DNA of 61,023 nucleotides, counting the filler, from Stramenopiles sp. TOSAG23-3 (taxonomy: Eukaryota), in NCBI GenBank assembly GCA_900128585.1. It is 14 parts of 14 records of this genome, joined end to end, with 100 filler letters (N's around TTAATTAATTAA, not from the genome) between each part and the next. Parts side by side here need not be neighbours in the genome. Positions count along the whole stretch, not along the records: positions 1 to 4,288 come from LT643883.1; positions 4,389 to 8,676 come from LT643884.1; positions 8,777 to 13,061 come from LT643885.1; 11 more parts are not named here. One strand, 5' to 3'. The position numbers and the translations under genes were made by a program. Shown piece by piece: positions 1 through 10,879 of the stretch. The notes below the pieces were generated by a model. The model saw nothing but the letters and a program-made list of their open reading frames with translations. It had not been told where the DNA came from and made no database searches. Numbering within the stretch: the stretch's first letter is position 1; each line of letters begins with the position of its first letter.

Positions 1-626
1 AATGATGTGCTAAAAAAAAGTAATTTTGAGCAAAAGTATAAAGTTGTTTCGGTTCCGAAGAGTATATGATAATAAATTATTTTTATTCCGGTTATAGTAC
101 ACTGTATAATACTGTAGTAAATATATAATATTATATCATCATACAACTACGAGGCTGTAGTTCATTACTATGTCACCCAAATACAATAATAATTGAAGTA
201 AATAATAAAAATAAAAAAACTATTTTTGTACAAGGTCGTTTCACTTTCCTTGAGTCCTGTGAGTTGTGACTGACAACCGACCGATCACAGGTTGGCATCA
301 TATTGTATTACAATATAAATTAATCATGTACTTATACGAGTACAAGGAATACTAATCCCGTCTCCTATTAAAGTTCGTTTTTGGCGAGTGGTGAGGGGTG
401 TGAGGTGGTGGTGATGTTGGTGGTGATGTTGGTGGTCATCGGGGTCGGAGTGGTGGTGATCTAATACTCTTGACCGACCTGCCTGCAGTAACACTTCCTG
501 AACAATTACTTACCTCGCAAACAGCAAGTTGAGCAACTCACGTCCCACGTTTGTCTTACTTCGCTGGGATGTCTTAGAATCAGTAACAACGCATTTGGAA
601 GACAAGTGTCCATTTGTTCTACAGGT

Positions 627-1544
627 ATGGAATATTGCCCCCCAGTTATGGCGTTCGCCGCGGCTACCTGCTTCGCGTGGGTCCGCAGAGAGGCTATGAA
701 ACAACACGCGTTCGGTTTTTTGCAAGAATCTTCTTTTGATGGCGTTGGTGTGCCATTGCGTGTCGTACGAAAAGCAGAAACAGTGCTCACTCGCAGGACG
801 TCCAGGCTCACAATCGTTATAGAGCGATCTACGAACAGCCAGAACTACACGGCCGTGTTGAGAACGGCAGAGGCGTTGGGAGTTCAGCACGTATGGCTAA
901 TTTCTCCGCCAGGATGGAGACAAAACAATTACAAGCGTAAGAAGGATCGCTTCAAAGACGACGACGAAGAGTGGGAACATCATGTTGCATACGCCAAACA
1001 AGCCCAGAAATGGTTGACAATACGTGTCTTCAGGACGTCTAGGGAGTGTGTCGAAGCTTTACGAAAGGAGAGCCATACGATCTGGTGCACGGACTTGTCC
1101 CAAAGGGCTGAAGTACTTCCAAGGATAGCTACCGAACGTTTCCCGGAAGGTCGTCTGGCATTAGTGATTGGCACAGAATCTACAGGTGCCACTGAGTTTA
1201 TGCTCAAATCTGCGGACAAACGCGTGTACATAAATCTGCATGGATTTGCAGATAGCCTCAATTTATCGGTTGCAGCAGCCCTCTCCATCTACCATATTTT
1301 TATGATCTACCCTGAAATAGTCGGCGCGATGGAAAACGAGGAGCGCTCGAAACTAAGGTTGCAATGGTACACTACTTTGGCTAGAAACGCAAATGAACGG
1401 GAACTGTACCCCAAACTGGCAAAAAATCCACCTAAACCCTTCGTAGACCTTCGACGCTGCGATGCCCACAGAGTAGGGTATGTGAGCCCGAAAGATAGAA
1501 AGAAAAATGCCGAGGCGGGATTTGCTAGCGGAATCGGCAAGTAA
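627..1544 (+). CDS. trmH: SpoU/TrmH-family tRNA/rRNA 2'-O-methyltransferase
   Basis: SPOUT motifs: NYTAVLRTAEALGV, ALVIGTESTG, INLHGFADSLNLSVAAA. First in-frame ATG is at 627 (alternative 648); the track start at 606 is GTG. Confidence 0.85.
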   Translation: MEYCPPVMAFAAATCFAWVRREAMKQHAFGFLQESSFDGVGVPLRVVRKAETVLTRRTSRLTIVIERSTNSQNYTAVLRTAEALGVQHVWLISPPGWRQNNYKRKKDRFKDDDEEWEHHVAYAKQAQKWLTIRVFRTSRECVEALRKESHTIWCTDLSQRAEVLPRIATERFPEGRLALVIGTESTGATEFMLKSADKRVYINLHGFADSLNLSVAAALSIYHIFMIYPEIVGAMENEERSKLRLQWYTTLARNANERELYPKLAKNPPKPFVDLRRCDAHRVGYVSPKDRKKNAEAGFASGIGK

Positions 1545-1709
1545 ATGATATCTTTGGGGAAGTGGGAGGGGCAGTCGCGTTTGTTCTCTCTTCTTGTGGT
1601 GGCGTTAAAAAAAAATCCCTATAAATTCAGTTTATCTAAAAATTAAAAACAAAATGAAGGCTGTGATTTACGAAGTGCGAAGTAAGTAATAAGAATATTC
1701 AAAAAACAG

Positions 1710-3230
1710 TCATTGTCTTGCTACTGGATTTTTCACGGCGACTCCTTTCTTTTTGCTAGACCATGAATTTCGAGGCCGCCCTGCCTCAAGTTTTTTCTCT
1801 CCATTACTTTCTAGTTCAAACGATGCACGACTACTTCCAGCACTGCCGGTCTCAACGTCTTCGTCTTCAGACTCGTCGTGGTGGACAGGAATTTCGGTTG
1901 AATCGACCTGTTTCAGCATCTTCTTGATCGCGCTATACGTAAGCTCAGCTTTTGCTTTCTTGGAGAATGACGATAGCTGCTGCGACAAAATACTAAAATC
2001 AGCAGTTTCCCTGATTTTCATGGACCTGTAAACTCCACGAAGAGGCATAAAATGGATCATGGCGACTTCCACGACTGTTGAGGCAATTGCGAAAAGGGTC
2101 AGGGACGTAGTTAGTTGTATAAGAAGAGTTGTCGGATCAAACTCATACCATACACCGCCTACAGTTGCGACAATGTTAACCCCTCTGTATTTGAGCACAT
2201 TTCGCGTTTTTGTCGTCCCATCAAACACCTCTATAGTCTCTGTCCACGAAGCTTTTGCTCCTTTAATTAGGCGGATGTCATATTCATACGTGTAAAAAGC
2301 TTTGCTGGTGAAAAAATGACCGTCTGGTATGTTTGTGTATCGTACATTCAGTTCCAGTGTAAGACCACCATAGCGGTATGGCTCATTACCCCCTTCTGAC
2401 ATTGGTTCATCCAGGGGTGCCACTCCACCATCATCTTCGTCCCCAGCCTCAAGCAAAACCCCAAGGTTGAATACATCAAAACCACAATCACTTCGGTCTC
2501 CCCTGGTGCAAGTATACGTCTGGTTTGTGACCACACGGCACTTCTCTTGCGGTGGATTTTCAACTTTTAAAGCCGAGTGGTTTATGTTTATGTACGGACG
2601 GTCGCATAAAGACCCCGACTTCGACACCAAACTCCCTGGAATATTTCGAGACCGAACACCGCTTTCTCCTATCGCATGTTCAATGAGGACGGTGTAATCT
2701 TCTATTCCCATGGCGTACGTTTTATTGCTGCTCCAAATTTGTTTCCACATACGAGGACAGGTCGTAGACGCCGATTCATTACACACAGAATTTTCTGTAG
2801 TCCGCTCAAACCTGGTAGCAACACGCAATGAATTTGGTGAAGCCCACGTGTTTGAAAATGAATCTAGCCTCTGACAAGGCAATTGTTTGATATACAATAA
2901 TTCAGATTGCTTGCAATACGAAACCTTTTCGTAGGGACGAAAGTTATCGATGCACCCTTTGGTCCCAATGCCGCACCCTGCCTGTTTGGTGCCTTCAGTC
3001 AGAGTGGGGCTCTGTGCCTGCAGGCGTACCGTTCCCGTAGGCACTTTTTTGTTTGCCCACCCTTTGTCGAAAAATATGTTGTGAACCCCAACGTATAGAA
3101 TTATTACGAATACCATCGCATACCTCAAAATGCCTAGCCGTCGATCTTTTATTCGTACTTGTCCCACCGTCGAGTATGAGAAGAGCTCGTCGGTATCTCG
3201 CCCGCACAACTCTTCGCCAACGCAACACAT
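1710..3230 (-). CDS. P2X-family (ATP-gated-type) ion channel
   Basis: N-terminal LFSYSTVGQVRIKDRRLGIL then TM1, Cys-rich ectodomain, RNVLKYRGV, TM2 FDPTTLLIQLTTSLTLFAIASTVVE, YxxxK (YRSMK). ATG at 3230. Confidence 0.85.
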   Translation of the reverse strand: MCCVGEELCGRDTDELFSYSTVGQVRIKDRRLGILRYAMVFVIILYVGVHNIFFDKGWANKKVPTGTVRLQAQSPTLTEGTKQAGCGIGTKGCIDNFRPYEKVSYCKQSELLYIKQLPCQRLDSFSNTWASPNSLRVATRFERTTENSVCNESASTTCPRMWKQIWSSNKTYAMGIEDYTVLIEHAIGESGVRSRNIPGSLVSKSGSLCDRPYININHSALKVENPPQEKCRVVTNQTYTCTRGDRSDCGFDVFNLGVLLEAGDEDDGGVAPLDEPMSEGGNEPYRYGGLTLELNVRYTNIPDGHFFTSKAFYTYEYDIRLIKGAKASWTETIEVFDGTTKTRNVLKYRGVNIVATVGGVWYEFDPTTLLIQLTTSLTLFAIASTVVEVAMIHFMPLRGVYRSMKIRETADFSILSQQLSSFSKKAKAELTYSAIKKMLKQVDSTEIPVHHDESEDEDVETGSAGSSRASFELESNGEKKLEAGRPRNSWSSKKKGVAVKNPVARQ

Positions 3231-4288
3231 ATCGTATTCTAGTTTGGGAGATTGGGATAGCAACGAGATAGTTATTGGAGAAATCAGTGACGCACGGTGT
3301 AAACAGCCTGCTTCTGGGACTAGTTGACCGTTTATTAGAGGGGGGGCCTTTTTACATATCGTGGTTATCAGTGACTTTTTTGAGGAGAAAATGTTGTAAG
3401 AGTGCGGTGTGAGGAGTGGGATTATTTATTACAGTAGTACCAATAGTATTATTATTATTATTATTACATTATTCATTCCAATCATATTATTATTATACTT
3501 CTTACAGCTTACAGTCTAAATTATTTTTTTATTATTATTTTATTATTATTTTATTATTTTTACTACTACAACTACTACTGGTGGTGGTGGTGGTATTATA
3601 GTATATTAATAATAGGTGTATTTATTTATTTTTACTTTATTGTTCTTTACGGTACTGTATACTGTATAAAAAATTATTAATACAGTATCAAGTAGAATGC
3701 AAATTTTTTCGGGTACCAAACAACTACTGTACACTGTATTAACGCACGGTCCGGTCCTCCAACTACTTCTGTCAATACCTGGTATATAATACCGAACCAA
3801 TTGCGTCGAAGTAGTATTACAAGTACATGTATTATCAAAATAATAATAATAATTAAAATAAAAAACTAAAAATGGGCTGTTATTTTATATTATTATTAAC
3901 ACATAATACTCTCCTGAGATAAAAAATAATTTTTTTTGCTACATACACCACACACAGCAGTGATGTCCTTTACAATGACACAACAGCTGCACTTGAATCT
4001 GCTTCCACCAGAGCCACCACCCACCACCTTTCTTCTTCTTCTTCTTCCGTCTCTTTTTTTTCTTCTTTTTTCCTTCTCTCTCTTATAGTGTACATTAGGC
4101 TAATACAGTATGATCTTATTATAATTTGATTGCACACTATTAAAAAATATTAATACTACCGGTAGTATTAGATGTACAGTACAATATTTTATACTACAGT
4201 AGTATGATGATAGTATCATATAATATACTAAAATAATAATAATAATAGGACAAATACAGTATATTATTATAAAAATAATAATTAAAAA

Positions 4289-4388
4289 NNNNNNNNNNNN
4301 NNNNNNNNNNNNNNNNNNNNNNNNNNNNNNNNTTAATTAATTAANNNNNNNNNNNNNNNNNNNNNNNNNNNNNNNNNNNNNNNNNNNN
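4289..4388. other. Artificial contig spacer
   Basis: 44N-TTAATTAATTAA-44N, stops in all six frames. Confidence 0.99.
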
Positions 4389-4416
4389 GCCCTCCCCAGA
4401 AGTTGCAAAGAAAACC

Positions 4417-5736
4417 ATGATGCCAAATGCAGGAGATATGCTCCCCGGGCGCACCAAACTAAAATCGACTCCAAAACCGAAGCTAGCCCCTGAACCCGCG
4501 ATGGGGGGCGTCCAGGATGCAACAAAAGAGAAATCTGCTACGAATGCGGCAGGGAAACAAGATAGAGAAATTAATGACCCGCCGAAGTCAACGGAACAGT
4601 TGCAAACTGAGAACGAGGAGCTTCGAAAGAGCCTGAACCAGAAGGACCGGCAGCTTGAGACAGCAAAGGGTCAAATGGAGGAGGTCCAGAAAGCAAAAGA
4701 GAGTCTATCCTATGAGATAACCAACTTGAAAAAAAAAGTGAAGCGTATGGTCGACGAGACCAAGAAGAAAGACGACAAGATAAGTTCGCTTAGGGGGAAA
4801 ATCGATCAATTGAGCAACGGCAGCAAGGCCGAGGGAGGTCAGAAGGCCGGCAGTAAACGCAAAAATGCGGACGATAGCGAAGATGATGACGATGGGTGGG
4901 ACACTGGAACGCCGGAACGGCGAAGCAGCCCGGTCAGTGCTCCCGTAGACCATGGTGAATTGCGGAAAAAATTAGCGCGGGTGGAGCAGGAGCGGGACGA
5001 AGCCGTGAAGAAGCTGAAGCTCATTAAAGTGTCGCCGGGCAAGGGAAAGAGCACCGCGACGTCATCCCCCGGGGGGGGCGATGAGGCGAAGAAGGAAATG
5101 TACTTAAATTTATTAGAAGCAGAGCTGCGCGAGGCAAAGAGCGATAAGGAAAAGGCGTTGAAATTCGTTATTGACATGGTAGGAAAGAAGCGCTTTCAAA
5201 GCTTCTTGCAAGAGGCCCAAGATTTAAAATCGTTGAAAAAGATCGTAAGAAAAAAGATTTCTGGTGGGGGGGCGATGGGCGCAACCTCCAGCAGTGGCGT
5301 CCGGGACATTTCTCCCGTAAAGGCGCACCAAAAGTCCCCAGAAGCAAAGCCTCGTGTGGGACAAGGCGCATGGTGGAGCACGCGATACATGGACGAAGTC
5401 CAGACGGAAAAATCATCTCGTCGTGGGCGAGGCAACCATTTTTCCCCGCCCACTTCCCCTAGCCAGCGCGCAAACATGCGGCGTGACCGCACGGTCAGAG
5501 ACATGGACAAGTACGAAGAATACAAACGTTACATGCAAATTGCAAAAATGCAGTCCATCAGCGCTCAGAAAGTGAAGCCACCGTTTATGGGAGGCGGCAG
5601 AAGGCAGACGCTTTTTAGCAACCTACGTGACACGAAGAACATGAAAATAGCTACGGTCTCGTCGATGAATAGTGTTGGAAAAAGTGCGATCATGAAAGCT
5701 GCAGAGGCGTACAAAGAAGCCGCCGGGTGGAACTGA
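4417..5736 (+). CDS. Coiled-coil protein of unknown function, possibly 5'-truncated
   Basis: 439-aa ORF with heptad-rich K/E segments; frame stays open back to the contig start. Confidence 0.7.
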   Translation: MMPNAGDMLPGRTKLKSTPKPKLAPEPAMGGVQDATKEKSATNAAGKQDREINDPPKSTEQLQTENEELRKSLNQKDRQLETAKGQMEEVQKAKESLSYEITNLKKKVKRMVDETKKKDDKISSLRGKIDQLSNGSKAEGGQKAGSKRKNADDSEDDDDGWDTGTPERRSSPVSAPVDHGELRKKLARVEQERDEAVKKLKLIKVSPGKGKSTATSSPGGGDEAKKEMYLNLLEAELREAKSDKEKALKFVIDMVGKKRFQSFLQEAQDLKSLKKIVRKKISGGGAMGATSSSGVRDISPVKAHQKSPEAKPRVGQGAWWSTRYMDEVQTEKSSRRGRGNHFSPPTSPSQRANMRRDRTVRDMDKYEEYKRYMQIAKMQSISAQKVKPPFMGGGRRQTLFSNLRDTKNMKIATVSSMNSVGKSAIMKAAEAYKEAAGWN

Positions 5737-5972
5737 TAGAAGAGTAAGGCGCAAAAAGACAGCACAACTCACGCGCTCTCCAAAACTTTTTCATCAAAAC
5801 ATTAAAAGGAGAACTTCTCGTATATCCAGCGTAATTCTTAAGATTATGTTAAAAACAAGAAAATTGGCTGTTAATTTTAGTAGAGTAAATTATATTTTAA
5901 GAAAAAAAACAGAAGTGAATATCGTACTCGAAGTATTTTATTATTTTTTTTCGTTGGCACTCTCTTTCCTCC

Positions 5973-8676
5973 CTAGAACAAAACCTTCTGGACTGCTTCT
6001 CCTATTGGATTTCCTTGCAGCTTGATGTCCAATTTTTTTCCTCGGCGGTTGCCTGTCCCTACGTCTGTACTGCGCTCTCTTCCTCTTTGCTCTAACAAGT
6101 AAGCTATTGCAACGGCGCCAGATTCTGTGATTTTGTTGTTGCGCAGATCTATCCGCTGAAGCCCCAGAGCATGTGGTAGCACGCTCGCCAAATGTGTGGC
6201 CCCCGTCGACCTCACACAATGGTACCGAAGTGAAAGTTTGGTAAGCTTTGAAAAGGATCCTGCCTTTCGGATGCCGTTTATCAAGCAAATGAATCCATCA
6301 CAAGTTATGGAGCCTGCACAATGTAGATGGTTGTGCCTGTCATACAACGCATCTAGCTTAAGTTCCTTCAGCTTGCATGCCGGGACCGATAATGCCCTTC
6401 CTAGCCTTTTTGCCGTCTCGTCATCGATGCAGTTTCCCGAGATATCCAACGACGTGAGGCACACAAAGTTGTGAGAGCATAGAGAAGCGTAGTCGTCCAG
6501 TAGACGCTCTATGAAAAAATTGTTGGACATATTAAGCCTTCGCAGCCCGGTGTGCCTGTTCGTCATCAAGCAGTACGCCAGCACTCGGGACATGTTTCCT
6601 GCCGCGTGCATGCTGCTGATATCCAGCGAAGTAAGAGTGTAATTAAATGCCATCGCGTCTACTATCCCGCCAATCTCATTGATCGCAAAAGCATTTTCTG
6701 ACACGTTCAGTCTCGTCAGCGATGGCACAGCACCGCCTCCTCCGGGTTCCCTCGCGGACAACAGCCGAGTAAACGCGTGTCCAACCCTGTCCGTTATGCC
6801 TACTACAACTTGATTGGCGTGAACGGATAGGTTGTCGGCCAGATTTAGAGAAATCATGGAAGAGTTTGAAATTGCATGCACCAGCACTGCCATTCCGTGG
6901 CGGCCTAGCTTGCAGCCGGAAACATCCAAGTGCGTCAGTGCATTTCGACGCCCATCAGTAGTAAACATTTTGGCGAGGACTTCCGCACCATCGTCGCCCA
7001 GGTAATTGCCCGCTAATTTCAAAGACAACAGGTAGCCTCCACTCGCAGTCATCCCATCGGCTATTTCCATGACGGGCTGGTCCCCTGTAAAATTTCTCGC
7101 GATGGATAAAAATAGAGGCTTGCGCCCACTCATTGCGGCGCTTAAAGTGCACGGCCTCTTGGTCAGACTTTTCGCTGCCGTAACTTGCGGTTTGGCCTGG
7201 CGGGTGAATCCGACCGTGGCTACTTGCACCGAAGACGTAGGAGCCCTGTGACCAGTGCTCTGCATCCCACTGCAAATGATTTTGTGCGAACGAAACGATG
7301 AAACCCCTTTCGTTTGACGAAACGACTGTTGCGCACGCCTTGGAGACGGCTTTGGCCTTTTGGGCGAAGCGGCTACTTTGCTGTTGAACCGCATCATCAC
7401 GTCTGTGTGCTTCATCCTGCCTGGGTTTACCGCCAACATTTTCGTCTGTGGCAACAGACTTATGGGGTGGCCTTTCAAGGACGTTGCCTGTTTTGTAGGC
7501 GCCCGCGGAGAAATAGTCTTTCCCTTCAATGTTACCCTTTTTTTTGCAGGCAGGGCCGGTTTGAAAGTTTGACCCTTCAATACCGTCTTCTTTCTCGCAT
7601 GCGTCATTTTCTTTATGGGAACGGGCGGTCTAATAATTAACTTCTTCGCGCCCGATCTCTTTTCTTTTCGAGGAGGGCTTCTTGATTGTTGCCATGCAAC
7701 CCATTTGCTTTGGTTTAAAATTGCTGTGCACAGGCTTTCTACACTAAGAAGAGAGATTCCCGTCCCGCTCACGTCCAACCCTGCTATCCACGCCCCTTTC
7801 CATTGGCACTGCTTGCCACGTTCACTCTTTTCAGACATTGCGTCGTCAGGGCAGTAGCATTCTACGCTGCATGGGCGAAGGGCACGGGGTATCCGAAGCG
7901 CAACCTCAGGGGTGAGTCTATTACTGCTTAAATCAATTTTGGACGCGTTCCTCAATGAATAAAGCAAAAATTCCAATGTGTCAGCGTCGATCTTTAGGCA
8001 TTCCGACCGTAGGTTGTATTCTGAAAGGAGGGGCCCAATATACTTTACCCTTCGCTTGTATTCGCCAAGGTTCGTGCATGCCTCAAACTGCCTTTTGTTG
8101 TTGGCGGCCCGGGTTATCTTTTCTAAATAGTGCTGCAAGCACCATTTCCGTTGTGTTTTCCACGCATCACTATCGTTTTCAAGGTTCCCACTCCCACCAG
8201 CATCACTGCCCCCATGTTTATCTTGCAAATAAAGGTCCTTCCACTTGGCAGCAATATCAGCGCCAAACGAACGTTTTCGACGATCACACAATGCCTCCGT
8301 CTCTGCATAGCGCAACTCCCAAGGGTTAAGCCCGGTAATAATTTTCCGTGCCAATTCGTCTGGCACGTATTCCAAAGCAAGGGGGGGCATGTCATCGAAG
8401 TTCTTGCTAATGCACAAGCAGCATTTATGGACCAGACGAGGCAGGTCTAGGTAGACGCCCGCCATCATCGTCTCTATACTCAGTGTTGGGTCTGGGAAAT
8501 ACTCCTGTTTCATGTTCGTAGAAATATCAAAATCCGACTTTATGTATCGTATTACTTCTCTCAGCGCACATTCTGAGATTTCTGGGAGGTATATTATGTT
8601 TCTCTTCGACTCCATCATGTTTAGTTGCAAGGCTGATTTAAGCACGGGTGACATAAAGGCAAGTTCGGTATGTATA
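5973..8676 (-). CDS. ElonginC/Skp1-like BTB + BC-box-like segment + RNI-type leucine-rich repeat protein, 5'-truncated
   Basis: N-terminus resembles Elongin C (ELAFMSPVLKSAL..IYLPEISECALREVIRY..TLSIETMMAGVYLDL); many LxxLxLxxN repeats (LLSLKLAGNYLGDDGA, LTHLDVSGCKLG, LQRIDLRNNKI); frame open to contig end. Confidence 0.75.
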
Positions 8677-8776
8677 NNNNNNNNNNNNNNNNNNNNNNNN
8701 NNNNNNNNNNNNNNNNNNNNTTAATTAATTAANNNNNNNNNNNNNNNNNNNNNNNNNNNNNNNNNNNNNNNNNNNN
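8677..8776. other. Artificial contig spacer
   Basis: 44N-TTAATTAATTAA-44N. Confidence 0.99.
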
Positions 8777-8777
8777 T

Positions 8778-8837
<60 letters not shown>

Positions 8838-8838
8838 T
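8777..8838. repeat. (TTTC)n microsatellite at contig end
   Basis: Direct reading. Confidence 0.95.
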
Positions 8839-9183
8839 CGACTCTTTCTTTCTTCATCATCGTTGTTGTATTGTTGTTGTGTTGGTGGTGGTTGTTGTTT
8901 TATATTTTTTTATTATTTTATTATTTATTATTATTATATAAAATATATATTATTATTATTATTGTTGTGTTGAGTGTTGAGAAAAATTATTATTATTATT
9001 TATTATAATTATTTATTATGAAATAATACGAAGTAAGAGTTGACTTTTTTATGTTTTCTAAATGTTCATGATTGTATATATGCAAACAATGATCTGTTCG
9101 TATACAAAGTTTGAACATTTGTGAATTTGAAAGGTAGAACAGTTTACATTTGTTGCTACTACCAGTGCGAATATTGCGACACG

Positions 9184-10167
9184 ATGAGTGATACTACCAG
9201 CGAAACAGTTGAGGCGGCCGAAAAGGCTAGAAAAGCTGCAGCGAAGCGGCGTGCGCGTATTCTGGCGAAAAGTAATAGTCGAATGGCCGTTGCGTCGGGC
9301 GAAAAGACGGCGAAGGAAATGAAAGAGGGTGATAATGGTGCGAGGGGTGGGAAAAAATCCGTTCGTAGACGAAGGAAGCGCCCTGCGTTTATGAAGCAAG
9401 TGGTGGTTGGGACGAGTTCGGAGGAGGCCGAGGTAGCGAAAGGGAACAAACAGCCTGCTGCCGAAGACGCGAGCGGCGACCCGTCCAGTAAACCATCTAG
9501 CAACAAGGAAACGTGTGAAGACGACGTGCCCGATGTGACGGCAGGTGCAGCTGCACTTGCACCGGAAAAGCCAGAACGCAAGACATTTTCGCAGTCGTTT
9601 CGCCGGCGTGTGAAAAAGAAAACGAAGAAGCAGCAAAGTGAGAACCCGGAGACCGGGGGACCGGAAAACCTTCCAGCGAAAGCGCCCAAAAACAATTTAG
9701 AACGGTTCCAAACATTTAACAATCGTGAAGATTTTTTCCGTGTTTGTTTGCTGCTGATGTGTGCATTGGTCGTTGCAAACGTTGCTATTGTCATGGAACT
9801 CTCGTTGCTTGACGATGTTGACCGTGCAAAGCTTAAAATAGTGGAAAATGGGGATAGGCAAGCGGTGGCGGCCCGGACGGCACGAATCGGGGAAGTCATT
9901 TTTTCCGCAATGTCCGGCTTGCCCATGATCCAAAACATGCTGATCGTTGTCGTCGGAATCCGGGTGATTCTGAAGGCTGTATTCTCCGTTCTGCGATTAC
10001 GTTTCTTTCCAATTTTAAGCGCAAATTTTCAAGATAACGCTGGGAGAATGGACAGCATGTTTGGCGTTGTTAAATTGCTAGGCTCAATTTTTGATGACAC
10101 ATGCCTGTTCATATTTGGCATTGTGGGGTATTTCCTTTCCGTTTATTACATGGGTTACATTCAATAA
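9184..10167 (+). CDS. Get2/CAML-like tail-anchored protein insertase subunit
   Basis: N-terminal basic helix AAEKARKAAAKRRARILAKSNSRMAVASG, a disordered linker, then three C-terminal hydrophobic helices: the Get2/CAML layout. ATG at 9184. Confidence 0.6.
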   Translation: MSDTTSETVEAAEKARKAAAKRRARILAKSNSRMAVASGEKTAKEMKEGDNGARGGKKSVRRRRKRPAFMKQVVVGTSSEEAEVAKGNKQPAAEDASGDPSSKPSSNKETCEDDVPDVTAGAAALAPEKPERKTFSQSFRRRVKKKTKKQQSENPETGGPENLPAKAPKNNLERFQTFNNREDFFRVCLLLMCALVVANVAIVMELSLLDDVDRAKLKIVENGDRQAVAARTARIGEVIFSAMSGLPMIQNMLIVVVGIRVILKAVFSVLRLRFFPILSANFQDNAGRMDSMFGVVKLLGSIFDDTCLFIFGIVGYFLSVYYMGYIQ

Positions 10168-10879
10168 ATCTAAAGACAAGAGGAAAGGGGGGGCTCAGAA
10201 AGAGAGACAGATGAGGATGAGAAAGAGAGGGGACGAAAGAGAAAAAGGAAAAGAAACGAAACTTGGGCTCTTAAACTTCTGAATCCAACGGCTGTGTGGT
10301 TGTTATCATATATTTTATTATAGTGTAATAATTTGATGAGATGATGTATTTTTATTTTAATTATTATTATATTAATATATAATAATTATTAATATTGGAT
10401 TTTCTCTTTTCATTGTGTACCGTAGTCCCTTCTTTCTTCTTCTTCTTTTTTTTCTTTTCTCTCTCTTCTCTCTTCTTCTTCTCCTTGGTACCAAGTACCA
10501 ACAAGGAATAATAATAATATTAAATACCTTCTTCTTTCGTTCCTCCTCCTCCTCCTCTTCTTCTTCTTCTTTCTACTCTTTTTTCTACTCTTTTTTCTTC
10601 TTCTTCTTCTTCTTCTTTTTTCTTCTCTTTTTTCTTCTTCTTCTTTTCTTCTTCTTCTTCTTTCTTTTTTTTTTTTTTTTTTTCTTCCTCCTTTTTTTTT
10701 CTTCTTTTAATAATATAAAAGGAAATGAAAGACAATACGATGATACGAAATGCGATTAAATACTAAAAGCTTCAAAGACGTAGAGTGAAGAAAATAAACC
10801 ATTTGCGAGAAGTTTCAGAACCGAACCAATTCGACGTTTACCATTTCCTGTCTATTTTCAACATTTCAGTTTTCAAAGA

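Noticed and set aside
4333..4344. TTAATTAATTAA recurring about every 4.36 kb as a biological periodic element
   Set aside because: Always centred in 44-N runs; an artificial all-frame-stop linker
10415..10759. Poly-Phe/Ser/Lys/Glu ORFs here and at 3416, 20299, 30733, 48163, 58757
   Set aside because: Translations of microsatellite and AT-rich intergenic DNA
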